From Ostreococcus lucimarinus (lineage: Eukaryota), in NCBI GenBank assembly GCA_000092065.1, contig CP000592.1: a stretch of DNA of 64,000 nucleotides; one strand, given 5' to 3'. Position 1 is the stretch's first letter, and each line of letters starts with the position of its first letter. The translations under genes and the position numbers were made by a program. The notes beneath the pieces were generated by a model that worked only from the letters and a program-made list of their open reading frames with translations, searched no databases and was not told the DNA's origin. Shown piece after piece: positions 21,300-34,040 of the stretch.

Positions 21300-21701
21300 T
21301 CACGCCACGCCCTCGACGTACTTTGGGTGCGTCTTCGACAGCGGCGCCACGTTGATCAACTTCCTCCCCCTGTGCTTATCCGTGCTGAAACAAACCTTCC
21401 CTTGCACCAGCGCGAACAACGTATGATCTTTCCCGATCCCACAATTCGTCCCCGGATGCCACTTCGTCCCTCGCTGCCGCGCCAAGACGTGTCCCGGCCG
21501 CACGACTTCGCCGTCGCCGCGCTTCAACCCCAAAAACTTTGGATTCGAGTCTCGCCCGTTGCTCGACGACCCGCCCTGTTTCTTCGACGCGAACCGCACG
21601 AATATCGTCTGCGTCGCCGCGCGCCACGCCCGCGCGCCCTCCTCCGCGATCGTCGCGCGCGCGGTCGACGACGCGAGCGCGCGCGCGCGCGCGCGAAGCA
21701 T
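21300..21701 (-). CDS. Organellar ribosomal protein L27 (bL27) with a presequence
   Basis: [61 protein letters not shown] is canonical bL27. ATG at 21699-21701 ([12 protein letters not shown]). The longer ORF upstream of that looks non-coding. Confidence 0.8.
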   Translation of the reverse strand: MLRARARALASSTARATIAEEGARAWRAATQTIFVRFASKKQGGSSSNGRDSNPKFLGLKRGDGEVVRPGHVLARQRGTKWHPGTNCGIGKDHTLFALVQGKVCFSTDKHRGRKLINVAPLSKTHPKYVEGVA

Positions 21702-22107
21702 GAACCGCGCCTCGCGCGCGCGTCCGCGTCCGCGCCTCGCGCGCGCGACCGCCGCCTTCGTTCGCGCGCGCGCGCCTTCGCACGCGCGACGCCGCGACGG
21801 TCGACCGACCGACGATCGCGCGTCGCGTCGTCCCGCGTCGCGTCGGCGCGCGACGCGACGGCGACCGGCGATCCGCGACCCGCGGTTTACACACGCCTCG
21901 AGAGATCCGCTTCGATGGGCGAAACGGGGACTCGTATACGGAGCGGAGGCCCGCGCGCGCGCGGCGACCGCCCGAGGCGCGGGCTGGACCCCGCGCGCGC
22001 GTGGGTGCCGCACACATAGGTTTAAAAATCACTGAATACGTAGAAAACCGTTCCAGGTGCGTCGACCCCGCGGCCCGGCCATCGCAATCCACCCCCCCTG
22101 TTTTTGA

Positions 22108-23756
<1,649 letters not shown>

Positions 23757-24044
23757 ATACTTACATTTAGTCCCACGTCCGCTTCGGCGATCTCCGCCGC
23801 GTTTGCTATTCTGAAAAGATTTCTGCGGGCGAGGCGTTGAGAACGTGAAGCGCTTCAGCAGACGAACGACACGAAAGATGTACCGATTCTTGTTTTAGCC
23901 ATTACCATTACCATACACACATGTAACGACAGTACCAAAAGCTGTACGCCACTTTATGTTCCTAATCACGTCTTATCGAATCCTCGAGCGCGAGAGGTGC
24001 GCGAGCGCGCTCCGTCCCGCCCTTCACACGCGGCCCCGCGAGTC

Positions 24045-24371
24045 ATGTCGTCTTCGACACCACTCGACCCATCGACGCCGATTACGCTCGTATCGAGCCA
24101 AGGGGATGAATTCGTGGTCGAGTACGATCTTCTGCGCGCCAGTGGTGTGCTTAAACGTCTGTTCGCGTCGAGCGAGGCGGCGGATTTCGAGGAACAACGA
24201 AGCAAGGTGGTCAAGCTTCGCGACATCTCCACCGCGATTTTGCGGAAAATAATAGACTATTGCGAATACAAGCGCGCGCACGAGCATTCGTCGAAAGCAC
24301 CACCTCGATTTCAAATCGACGAAGAGGACGCCATCGAACTCTTGATGGCGGCAAACTTTTTGGACATTTAG
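24045..24371 (+). CDS. Elongin C (SKP1-like BTB/POZ fold)
   Basis: The C-terminus (EDAIELLMAANFLDI) and overall pattern match Elongin C (human LELLMAANFLDC). ATG at 24045; the ORF-track start at 23997 is a GTG. Confidence 0.8.
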   Translation: MSSSTPLDPSTPITLVSSQGDEFVVEYDLLRASGVLKRLFASSEAADFEEQRSKVVKLRDISTAILRKIIDYCEYKRAHEHSSKAPPRFQIDEEDAIELLMAANFLDI

Positions 24372-24465
24372 CGGCGAGGCGAACGAGTGTGAAGTCGAAC
24401 GAATGAGTAGAAATCTAGCTAGTGATTGTGTATGATACGTATAGAATATAGCTTACACCGGATGT

Positions 24466-25383
24466 CTACTCTTCCCTCATGCGATTGAGCATGCCACTGT
24501 CGCACAGTTGCGCCTCGCACGTGGCGAGCACGTCTTCGCCGAGCGGCGCCGACGGATCCGTCAGCCTCGCCGTGGTCCAGATTCGCAGCCCGTGCGATTG
24601 CACTTCTTTAATTTGCACCTGGATTTTGACGGTGTGATGAAGGGGAAGCGGTTTCTTGATCTTGACGTTCATTTCGATGGTGACGCAGCAGGGTGCTCGC
24701 CAACATTTGACCAGCTCGGCTGTCGCTTCGTCAAGAATCGTTTCGATGCAGCCTCCGTGGGCGAGATTATACGTCTGAATGCCGATCGCACCCGTATCAC
24801 CCACGCGCGCAACACCGACGAGCTCTGGATACTCGCTCGATCCCGTCCTCGCGCGCTCTCGGTAAAAATATCTCAAATCAAGACCTCTTTTCGCCGCGTC
24901 GTCGCCGACGGCCCACGATTCGCAAGTCACGAATACCCCTCGCCCGAGCCCAGGAGTCGCCTTTTGAAACGCTCGAAGCGAATTATCGCGACTCAACTCC
25001 ATCAACAACGCATCCCGCATCGGAAACAATCCGTGCTTTCGGAACGGGATCCCCGTCTTGAAGACGTGTCTTCGATAATCCGCCGCAGCGTCCTCGTGCT
25101 TATTCAGCATCGCCCGCTCCTTCGCGTCCCCCAGCGCGCTCGCTCGCCCATCGTTCACCTCGCGCCCACCGCCCGCTTGTTCGCATCGTCTCTCCCGCAC
25201 CCCCACCGGCACGTCGCGCCCACCGCTCTCGTAATACGCTCTGATTTCTTCCTCCCCGCACGCGCGCAACTCCTCGTCCTCCAGTTCCCGCGCCTCCGCG
25301 TGCGCCTCCGCGAGCACCACGGACAGGTTCAGCATTCGATGATAATTCATCCCGTCGTCCGCCGTCGCCGTCACCGTCGCCAT
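24466..25383 (-). CDS. Hotdog-fold thioesterase-domain protein (PaaI/4HBT/ACOT13-like C-terminal domain)
   Basis: C-terminal region: GGCIETILDEATAELVKCW..VTIEMNVKIKKPL..VKIQVQIKEV. ATG at 25381-25383. Confidence 0.6.
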   Translation of the reverse strand: MATVTATADDGMNYHRMLNLSVVLAEAHAEARELEDEELRACGEEEIRAYYESGGRDVPVGVRERRCEQAGGGREVNDGRASALGDAKERAMLNKHEDAAADYRRHVFKTGIPFRKHGLFPMRDALLMELSRDNSLRAFQKATPGLGRGVFVTCESWAVGDDAAKRGLDLRYFYRERARTGSSEYPELVGVARVGDTGAIGIQTYNLAHGGCIETILDEATAELVKCWRAPCCVTIEMNVKIKKPLPLHHTVKIQVQIKEVQSHGLRIWTTARLTDPSAPLGEDVLATCEAQLCDSGMLNRMREE

Positions 25384-25880
25384 CGCGCCGCGACGTGCCG
25401 CGTCGGCGAAAACTCAAATTCCAAAATTCCATAAACGCTCGAAAAACGCTCGCCGCGATCGCGCACCGACGGGTGCCCGGAACCGACCGCAGACGACGAC
25501 GCGCGACGACGACGACGCGATCGACGACGCGACGACGCGGCGCGGCGCGACGCGCGAACGACCCGACCGACGCGCGCGTCGAACGACGCGACGAGGGACG
25601 ACGCGCGCGCGATGACGGCGACGTCGGCGCTCGCGGTGCGTCGGTGCGGTGTTTCTCGGAACGCGCGACGGCGTCGAGGGCGACGCGCGAGAGCGACGCG
25701 CGAGAGCGACGCGCGCGCGCGCGATCGGACGACGCGATCGGGACGCGCGGCACGGCCGCGATGCGCGCGCGAGGCGCGAAGAGAAGACTGACGACGCGCG
25801 CGTCGGGGATCGATTCGTTTGTATAGGGCGCGGTCGAGACGCGCGCGCGCGGTCGAGGCGACGATTCGTTGTTGAAGGTT

Positions 25881-28641
25881 ATGCGCGCGGCGAGCGAAAA
25901 GGCGAAGCGAGAGTTCATGAGCAGTGATCGAGGCGTGGTGTCCGTGTGCTCGTGTTTGTTGAAGGTGCGTTCGGGGAAGGAAACTCGGATTGCGTCGGGT
26001 TGCGTCGGGCCGCGTCGACGCGTCGACGATTGAGATCGGCGATTGAACGAGACTGACTGACTCGCTCGTTTTCGATGCTCAGGAGCTCGAGGGCACGAGC
26101 GTGGATTGGTCCGTGGACGTCATCGGCGCGATGACGAATTTAATGGTGCAGTTCTCAGACTTAGATTGCGTGGACGTCGATCGCGTGCGAGATAAGTTGA
26201 TCGATGCGTTTGAACGCTTGGTCGATTACGCGCAGACGGCGGCGGAGAGCAATTTCTCTTCCATGTCCAAGGATATGCGCGATGTTTATGTGGATATCGT
26301 GTGGATTATTACTGAGTTGGTGAATGGTGCGGATGCGAAAGAAAAAGCGGATTGGGAGCGATTCGTCAACACCGCTACTAACGCGATTCTCATCGAAAAT
26401 TTGCCCCCTCTGATGCGACGGGAAACGCTTCTCTGTTTGAAATCGGTCACGCAAGGATGTGTGGACACGTCGACCGCACTTAAAGATGCGATTTATCCGA
26501 ACGCTAACGTCAAAAGAAGTAGACGCGGTGACTCGAACTCCAAGCTCGGTTTACTTAGGCAAGTGTTTTTGAAGTGCGGCGATTTCAACGCCCAAAAGCA
26601 CATCGCCGAGATTTTGTTCCGTCTCGTCAAGGCGAACCTTCTCGAACAAGACGTCGCGTCTACCATCTTCAAGCACGTGACGTCACAGTTTAAGGATTTA
26701 TTCAGGATTCAAGATACCGCGCAGATGTTCAAATCGCTCAAGACTTTGGTTCGACACTTCAACGCCGCGCAAGGCAGCGCTGCCTCGGTCAAGTCTTTTG
26801 AAGCCAAAAATTTACGTCTAGTTGACTTGCAAGTGCACGATAAATGGGTCAATTTCGGTCAAGAAATGCTCACCGTGCACGTGGTCATGGAAGACGATGG
26901 TAGTATTGAGCCGGTGGATATCTTGTACTCGAACATTCGCGCGTTTTCTATGCCCAAGAAAAACGTCGCGCACATCGGCATTCGCGAGAAACCTCTTGGC
27001 TTGGCGGCGGAAGATCCTTTTGATATCGAAGACGACGAGTGGATTCAAATCGAATTCCATGATCAAAATGTTCCGGCTGTGATTGAACAGCTGTTTCGAA
27101 TCGGTAAGCAAAACGACATCGTCGAAATGTACATCACGAATGCAAACTTGGTGCCGAGCAAAAAAATGTCCGCGGGCATCTTAGACGTCGAATTGAACTC
27201 TGAGTCTGAATCTTTGGAACATGATGCGCCCGCGGTGAAACCGACGCCCGTCGTGCTCAAATCGAAGTCGAAGCCGAAGCCGAAGAAAGCGCCTCGGAAG
27301 ACTCGTGAGAAAACTGCCGCTCTAGTGGTCTCCGAAACAGAATCCGATTCTGAGGAAGTGCCGAAAGCCGTCAAGCCGACGCAAGCGTCTCGACAGCTTC
27401 CGAAGCGTAAAGCGAAGCAAGATGGTATCAAAAAGTTAAACCAGCAGCTCAATGATATTTTAGAGACTTCCGATCTCGCCGAAGAGCCTGAACCGTCGCT
27501 GTCTCCTCCACCGGCAAAGCGCACCTCGCCTCCGCAACGACTTCAACCTGTTCGTCAGCTTGAGTATTCTCCGCGACGCGAAATGGAGGACGATGAGGAC
27601 AACGACAACGACGACGACGACGCGCAAGAAGATGAATGGACTCATGAAGATATTCCTGCTCTCGTGAAGATGATCAAGGCGAAAGGTACGACGAAGAAGC
27701 AGCGCGAGGAATACCAGCGCGTCGTCGATCGATTGAAGCAAAGCGAATCTCGCGATGTTTCTTTGGGGAAGTCATTGTTTAAAACGCCCGCGCCGTCGCT
27801 TCAAGCGCCGAAGACCGGACCACGACCTGGCATACTCAAGTCCCCCGACGCTAAGCGTTTGAAAACCGGTCCTTATGATAGCGTCGTGGATTGGCGCAAG
27901 CGTCTCGCCCCAGTTCAAACGACAAAGAAGCCCGCTCGAACGACTACGACGGCGACTACGACTACGACGGACTTGAACTTTGACGACGATGAAGACGATG
28001 AAGACACTGGTGGTGGTACTTTAACCCCTCTGTCAAACTTTCTCAACGCATCTGACGATGTCTCGCCGTTACTGAGCGACGAAAAAGCGAAGAAGAAGTC
28101 TAAAACTCGCCGCTCGGCGCCCGCGGACGTCGCCGCCATGGGCGACGACATGGTTGGATTCCAGCAAATGATGCAATCTCTCGCCGAACGCAATCGACGA
28201 ATCGCGCGCGAGCGCATCGAGTCACTCGTGAACGAGTTCAGAGTCGAGTCCGAGGCCGCGAGTCGTAAGTTCATCTCTCAAGCCGAACAAGATTACGAAA
28301 CGTTCGCGCGCGCCGCCGGGCGCCAAGCCGCCGAGCGTTCGCGAGAGTCCAAAACCATCGCCTCTCGCGTCGAAGCCCTCACTCGCGAGTACAAATCCGC
28401 GCTCCGCGTCGCCTACGAAGATTTTACCGCCAACAAGCGCGCCATCGTCGCCGACACCGCCCGCATCACCGACGATCTCGCGCAAATCGACGCCAAGCAC
28501 GCCGCCGCCGCCAAGCGGCTCCTCGAAAAGCTCGACGCCAAGCGCCGCAAGGTCGCCACCGACGTCGACACCGCCGCTCGCGCCGCCCACACCAACGACG
28601 GCGTTAAATCCATGCTCTTAGAGCTCGCTCGCAAGATGTGA
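25881..28641 (+). CDS. Hypothetical protein with an N-terminal helical domain, a PH-like beta domain, a long K/E/S/T-rich disordered middle and a C-terminal coiled coil; a candidate SYCP2/Red1/ASY3-like axial-element protein; proposed exons 25881..25964 and 26083..28641
   Basis: The long ORF begins at a GTG (26101). Upstream there is an ATG exon (25881) with donor GTGCGT at 25965, CTGACTGAC at 26053-26061 and acceptor CAG at 26080-26082, all phase 0. The domain order and the coiled coil at the very C-terminus fit SYCP2/ASY3. Homology could not be confirmed by eye. Confidence 0.65.
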
Positions 28642-28699
28642 GCGCGTCTCGCGTCTCCGATACGTCCGCCCGATACGTCCGCCCTCGTCCGTCTTATCT

Positions 28700-28736
28700 A
28701 AAAAAAAAAAGACCAAGATGGTCTTTGTCGTCGCAC
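28700..28736. terminator. A10 tract followed by a 7-bp inverted repeat (aaagacc aagat ggtcttt) between the upstream gene's stop and the ABC1K ATG
   Basis: Seen directly. It could mark the 3' end of the upstream transcript. The ATG at 28718 lies inside the hairpin. Confidence 0.25.
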
Positions 28737-31479
28737 CCTTTTTCTCGACGTCACCACGTTTCCGAGTCCCCCGAACGACCGTTCGCGACCCATCGGCTGA
28801 TCTTTTTCGCTCCAGCGTGGCGGCGACCGGGACGAATGCGCGTGCCGTCGTCGCGTCGTCGCGCGCGCGCGTCGCGTCACATCGACGCGTGCGCGCACAC
28901 CGACGACCGGTAGACATGATCGCACACACGGCGACGTCGCGCGTCGTGCGCGCGCGCGCCGCGACGCGCGGACGCGGGACGACGACGACGACGACGCGGA
29001 GAATTATCCAAACGCGCGGCGCCGCGCGCGAAGACGCGCGCTGGGCGACGCCGCGATGCGTCCCGGCGCCCGGCGCGCGAGCGATGGTGAACGTCGGAGG
29101 ACGACACGCGCGCGCCGCGGGGGGCGGACGGATGGATCGACGACGCAACGCGGCGACGAGGACGACGAGCGCGAGCAAGGGCGAAGGGGACAACGCGGCG
29201 AGCACGGAGGAGATTGAAAAGTGCCTCGAGGATGAGGAGTGCAAGAGCGAGACGCTGATGACGTTGGAAAACGCGCTCGCGAGCGTGGACAGCGACGTCG
29301 TGGGTGACGCGGATGGTGGAGTTGTGGTGAAGAAGGAGACGACGCCGAAGGCGTTCGTCAACGCGAAAACCATCGACGAGTCGGATTTCGAGGACGTGGT
29401 GGTTTCTGAACCGCCGTTGAACATTGAACGATTGAAATCAGTAGGAACGATCGCTCGATCGTTCGAGATTTGGAGCTTTGTCGTGGCGTTCGTGTTCAGA
29501 CGGGTTTTCATAGGGGTGAAGTGGTCGTACAAGGGCGGATACACCGAGGAGAAGCGCATCGCGAGGCTCGAGCGTTTGGCGAGCTGGTTGCGCAAGGGGC
29601 TGCTTCGACTTGGACCGACGTTCATCAAGGTTGGTCAGCAGTTCTCTACTCGTGTTGATGTGTTGAGCCCGCAATTCATTCGAGAGCTCGAAAAGTTGCA
29701 AGATCGCGTCCCGCCGTTTCCGACCAAGCTCGCCAAGGAAATCCTCGACGAAGAGCTCGGTGGTCCGGTTGAATCGTTCTTCGACAATTTCGAAGACACT
29801 CCGCTCGCGGCGGCGTCCTTGGGTCAGGTCCACCGCGCGCAAATGAAGGCGACGGGCGAGCAAGTCATCATCAAGGTGCAACGCCCGGGCTTGAAGGAGA
29901 TTTTCGACATTGACCTTAAAAACTTGCGCGTCATCGCCAAGTGGTTGCAAAAGGTCGATCCGAAGAACGACGGCGCCAAGCGCGATTGGGTGGCGATTTT
30001 CGATGAAACGGCGCGCGTGCTGTACGATGAAGTCGACTACACCAACGAGGCGAAGAACGCGGAAGAGTTCAAGAAGCAGTTCACCGGCGACGACTGGATA
30101 AAGGTTCCTCGCATTTACTGGGAATTCACCAAGCGTCGTACGTTGTGCATGGAGTACGCGCCGGCGACGAAGATCAACGATGTGGAGGCCATTAAGGCGA
30201 TGGGAATCGATCCCGATCGCATGGCTCGCCTCGCCGTCGAGGCTTACTTGCAGCAAGTGTTGCGATTTGGTTTCTTCCACGCGGATCCGCACCCTGGTAA
30301 CGTCGCCGTCGACAAGGGTGATCCGGAAGGCAAGGGGCGATTAGTTGTGTATGATTACGGTATGATGGGTCGCATTCCCAGCCAAACTCGTGATGGATTG
30401 TTAGATTTGTTCTATGCGACGTACGAAGGTCAAAGCGACAGCGCCGTGAAGGCGTTGATGAAGATGGGCGTGCTCGTGGACACGGGCGCCGATCTCACCG
30501 CGGTGAAGCGTACGGCGGATTTCTTTTTGACGCAATTCGATGCTCGCATCAACGCGCAAAAGAAGGCTCGCGAAACGAACAAGGAAGAGTTTGAGGCTGA
30601 GTTCAAGGCGCCGCGCACCAAGGAGGAGAAACAGCAAGTTCGCAAGCGCATTTTGTCCAACATCGGCGAAGATTTGCTCGTCGTGAGCAAGGATCAACCG
30701 TTCCGATTCCCGGCTGAATTTACATTTGTGGTGGTAAGTACTCGCTCGCTCGCTCGCTCATCGACAGTGGCACTTTGCAGATCGTTTGCGATGATGAGAC
30801 AACGCTATCTAGATACACTTTCTCGATGAATGTTTCTGGGTTTCGGCTCGGCGCAGTGTTGATTACTTTACAGCAATGTGGTTTCTCTGAGCATACGCAC
30901 TCGGCTCGTCGACCAAAGCGTCATCTCGCGAACGCACTGAAACTGACCTATAAAATTTCTTCCCTCTCACAGCGAGCCTTCTCCGTGTTAGACGGAATCG
31001 GTAAGACGCTCAACAAGAAGTTTGACATTTCCGAAATCGCGGCGCCGTACGCGCGCAACTTGCTCATTGAAGCGAACCCGAACTCGTTGCCGCCGCAAGT
31101 CGTGACGGCTCAGCGCGACTGGTTGCGTCGCGCCGATGCTCAAACGAAGGCCATCGTCAACTTGTTCAAGGGTCCGGATGCCATTTATGACATTGCGGAC
31201 ACCATGCGTCGCATCGAAACGGGCAAGTTGAAGATTCGCGTCCGCGCTCTCGAAGCCGAACGCGCGCTTGATCGCATGGCCATCATGCAAGGCGTTACGA
31301 TTCAAGCTCTTCTCGCGGCCTGCGCGACGAACATTGGTGTTGTGTTGTACGTGAGTAGCTTGACATTGTACGCGCAATGCGCGTTTGGCGCCGCCGGTTT
31401 GCTCGCGTTCAAGGCGCTCACGGGCCAACTCAAGGTTGCCAAGCTCTTGAAGAAGGAGAACTCCATCCTCGGAGCTTAG
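28718..31479 (+). CDS. ABC1/UbiB-family atypical kinase (plastid ABC1K-like); exons 28718..30733 and 30973..31479
   Basis: LRLGPTFIKVGQQFSTRVDVLSPQFI..AAASLGQVHRA..FFHADPHPGNVAV. The intron has donor GTAAGT at 30734, CTGAC at 30943 and acceptor CAG at 30970-30972. The junction FTFVV|RAFSVLDGIG restores the conserved ABC1K motif. The start may be at 28718 or at the ATG at 28916. Confidence 0.88.
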
Positions 31480-31624
31480 ACGCGCGGAGGAAACGTACGA
31501 CGAACGTAGAGATACATATGTGGCATTTAATGCAACGCTCAAAATTCATTATTAAAATTATAAACACCTCACGACGACGAATTGATGAGTGAAGCCGCGT
31601 TAAAAATATGAGCCGGCGGCGACG

Positions 31625-32899
31625 CTAAAAATCGCAGTCAGTGCGGAACGAGTGATTCTCTTCTCCACCCTGCATGACGCCTGCTTTCTGGTACTGATCC
31701 ACGCGATGTTCGAAAAAGTTTGCCTTGCCTTGGAGCGAAATGAGCTCCATCCAATCAAACGGATTGACCGCGTTGTAAAGCTTCGACACGCCCAACTGAA
31801 GGAGAAGTCGGTCGGCGACAAACTCGATGTACGTGCTCATCATGTTTGCATTCATACCGACGAGGGAACAGCTCAGAGCGTCGCACACGAACTCTTTCTC
31901 TATTGTCACCGCATCTCCAACGAGTTGGTGTAGAACCTTCTCCGATAATGGATTCTCCAGCATGCTATACAACAGACACGCAAAGTCGCAGTGTAATCCT
32001 TCGTCGCGGCTTATGAGCTCGTTGGAAAATGTCAAACCACGCATCAATCCTCGCTTTTTCAACCAGAAGATGGCGCAGAAAGATCCGCTGAAGAAAATTC
32101 CCTCCACGCACGCGAAACCGACGAGACGCTCGGCGAAACTCGCGTCGCTACCGATCCATTTGAGCGCCCAATCCGCCTTCTTTGCCACGGTGGGCACCGT
32201 GTGAATCGCCCGAAACAAGTCGGATTTCTTCTTTGGATCCTTAATGTACGTGTCCAAGAGCAACGAATACATCTCGCTGTGAATGTTTTCGATCGCGAGC
32301 TGAAAGCCATAAAACGATCGAGCCTCCGGGAGCTGCACATCCGTCATGAACCGAGAGCATAAATTCTCCAACACGATGCCGTCGCTCGCGGCGAAAAACG
32401 CCAACACGTGCGATATAAAGTGTTGCTCGTTATCGTTCAATGTGATCCAATCTCTGTAATCGTACGTCAAGTCGACCTCCTCCGCCGTCCAAAAACTCGC
32501 CTCCGCCTTCTTATACATCTCCCAAACCTTCGCGTGCTTGATCGGAAACAAACAAAACCGATCGGGATTGTCTCGCAACAGCGGCTCCGCCGCGTCTCGC
32601 TCCCGCGACGCCGTCGCCCGCGCCCTCGCCGCCTCCTGATCCGCCCTCGCCGCCCACGGCGACATCGCCGCTATGCGTTCCGCCACCTCCTCCAGCTCCA
32701 AGTGCGTGCTCGACGCGCTCAGCGATTCGCTGCTCGACGTCCTTCGCGCGCGTCTCGCCGCCGCCTCTTCGCCGTCGCCCCCCCCTTTCGCCGCGTCCTC
32801 GCCCACCGCCGCGTCTCCCGTCCCGTCCGCGCGCGCCTTCCCGCGCAACCACGTCCTCGGGTGCAAGTCCTCCACCGAATCCTTCACGTTCGTCATCAT
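31625..32899 (-). CDS. RNR2: Ribonucleotide reductase small subunit (R2/RRM2)
   Basis: [18 protein letters not shown], the di-iron ligands ([32 protein letters not shown]) and a C-terminal F. ATG-ATG at 32894-32899. An alternative start is the Met of MSPWAARAD, about 80 aa downstream. Confidence 0.9.
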   Translation of the reverse strand: MMTNVKDSVEDLHPRTWLRGKARADGTGDAAVGEDAAKGGGDGEEAAARRARRTSSSESLSASSTHLELEEVAERIAAMSPWAARADQEAARARATASRERDAAEPLLRDNPDRFCLFPIKHAKVWEMYKKAEASFWTAEEVDLTYDYRDWITLNDNEQHFISHVLAFFAASDGIVLENLCSRFMTDVQLPEARSFYGFQLAIENIHSEMYSLLLDTYIKDPKKKSDLFRAIHTVPTVAKKADWALKWIGSDASFAERLVGFACVEGIFFSGSFCAIFWLKKRGLMRGLTFSNELISRDEGLHCDFACLLYSMLENPLSEKVLHQLVGDAVTIEKEFVCDALSCSLVGMNANMMSTYIEFVADRLLLQLGVSKLYNAVNPFDWMELISLQGKANFFEHRVDQYQKAGVMQGGEENHSFRTDCDF

Positions 32900-33351
32900 C
32901 GCAAGCCTCGCGCGCGTTCGCCCCGTGCCCGCGCGTTCGATCGTCGCGCGCGAATCCCGTCGGAATTCCCTCCCGTCGCGCCGCCTCGCCGCGCGATCGC
33001 GACGCCGGTCGCGCGGATTCGCGTCGCGATCGCGTCGTCGTCGCGCGCTCTCGCGTCGTCGCGTCGCGTCGTCGCGTCGCGTCGTCGGCCGTCGAGGAAT
33101 CGCGACGACGACGGACGCGACGACGCGAATCGTCGACGCCGCGCGCGATCGCCGTCATAAATGGGTCTTTCGTGTGCCGAAATACGTACATCGATCCCTT
33201 GTCGAATCGTGACTCGAGAGAAGTCCCCCGGGCCGTCTCATGGTCCGTGTGCGTCTGACCGCACGCGAGTGAGACCGCGCGCGATCGCGAACGCGCGATC
33301 GCCGCGATCGACGCGCGCGACGTCTCGACGCGCCTCGATCGCGGCGTCGAC

Positions 33352-33818
33352 ATGGCGAAGGTCCCCGCGCGACTGCGAAGCGTGACGTACAGCCTGTCGC
33401 CCATGCGCACGGGCGTCATGCACGGCCTGTTCAAGGATTGGGCGTCGGGCATGGCGACGCGCGTCAAGGAGAACGCGGTCGACGCGGGCGTGTTCTGCGC
33501 GCTGCCGCTCGGCGCGACGGTGTGGTGCGTCGAAGCGAGACGACGACGACGCGAAACGGTGACGCGACGACGACGCGCGACGACGACGCGACAAAACGGG
33601 ACGGGACGGATGAGGGATCGCGGGGCAGAGGCGTAGGGTCGCCGGAGCGCGACGACGGGGGGGGCGAGCGAGAAGACACGACCGCGAACGATCGGTCAGG
33701 GCGCGTCGAGGGGGTGGTGCGCGCGAACGCGTGACTGACGAACGCGCGTTCGATCGCGATCGAACGCAGGTACGCGTTGAATTACAAGGAAAATGAAAAG
33801 TTGGAGCACCGATATTAA
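33352..33818 (+). CDS. QCR8: Cytochrome bc1 complex subunit 8 (QCR8/UQCRQ, ubiquinone-binding protein QP-C), 73 aa; exons 33352..33524 and 33770..33818
   Basis: Exon 1 MAKVPARLRSVTYSLSPMRTGVMHGLFKDWASGMATRVKENAV..PLGATV matches plant QCR8 (MGKQPVRLKAVVYALSPFQQKVMPGLWKDL..VSENW). Donor GTGCGT at 33525, CTGAC at 33735, acceptor CAG at 33767-33769. Exon 2 encodes WYALNYKENEKLEHRY*, matching the plant C-terminus ..YVQHFLEKEKLEHRY. It is absent from the ORF track as a single ORF. Confidence 0.8.
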
Positions 33819-34040
33819 ATTCGAGCGGCGCGCGCGAGCGAAGGGGTCGAGCGAACGACCGACGTCGCTCGCGCGGTAGAGCGCGTCTTAATTTAGAATT
33901 GTAACGTTTAGAAGGACGCGCGCGCGCGCGGTGGTCGCGACGTCGCGCGCGTGATCGAACCGCGGCGCGAGGGACCCTCGAGCGCGCGGCGCGCGCGGCG
34001 CGCGCCGAGCCGCACTCGCCGGCGCGCGTCGACGTCCCGG

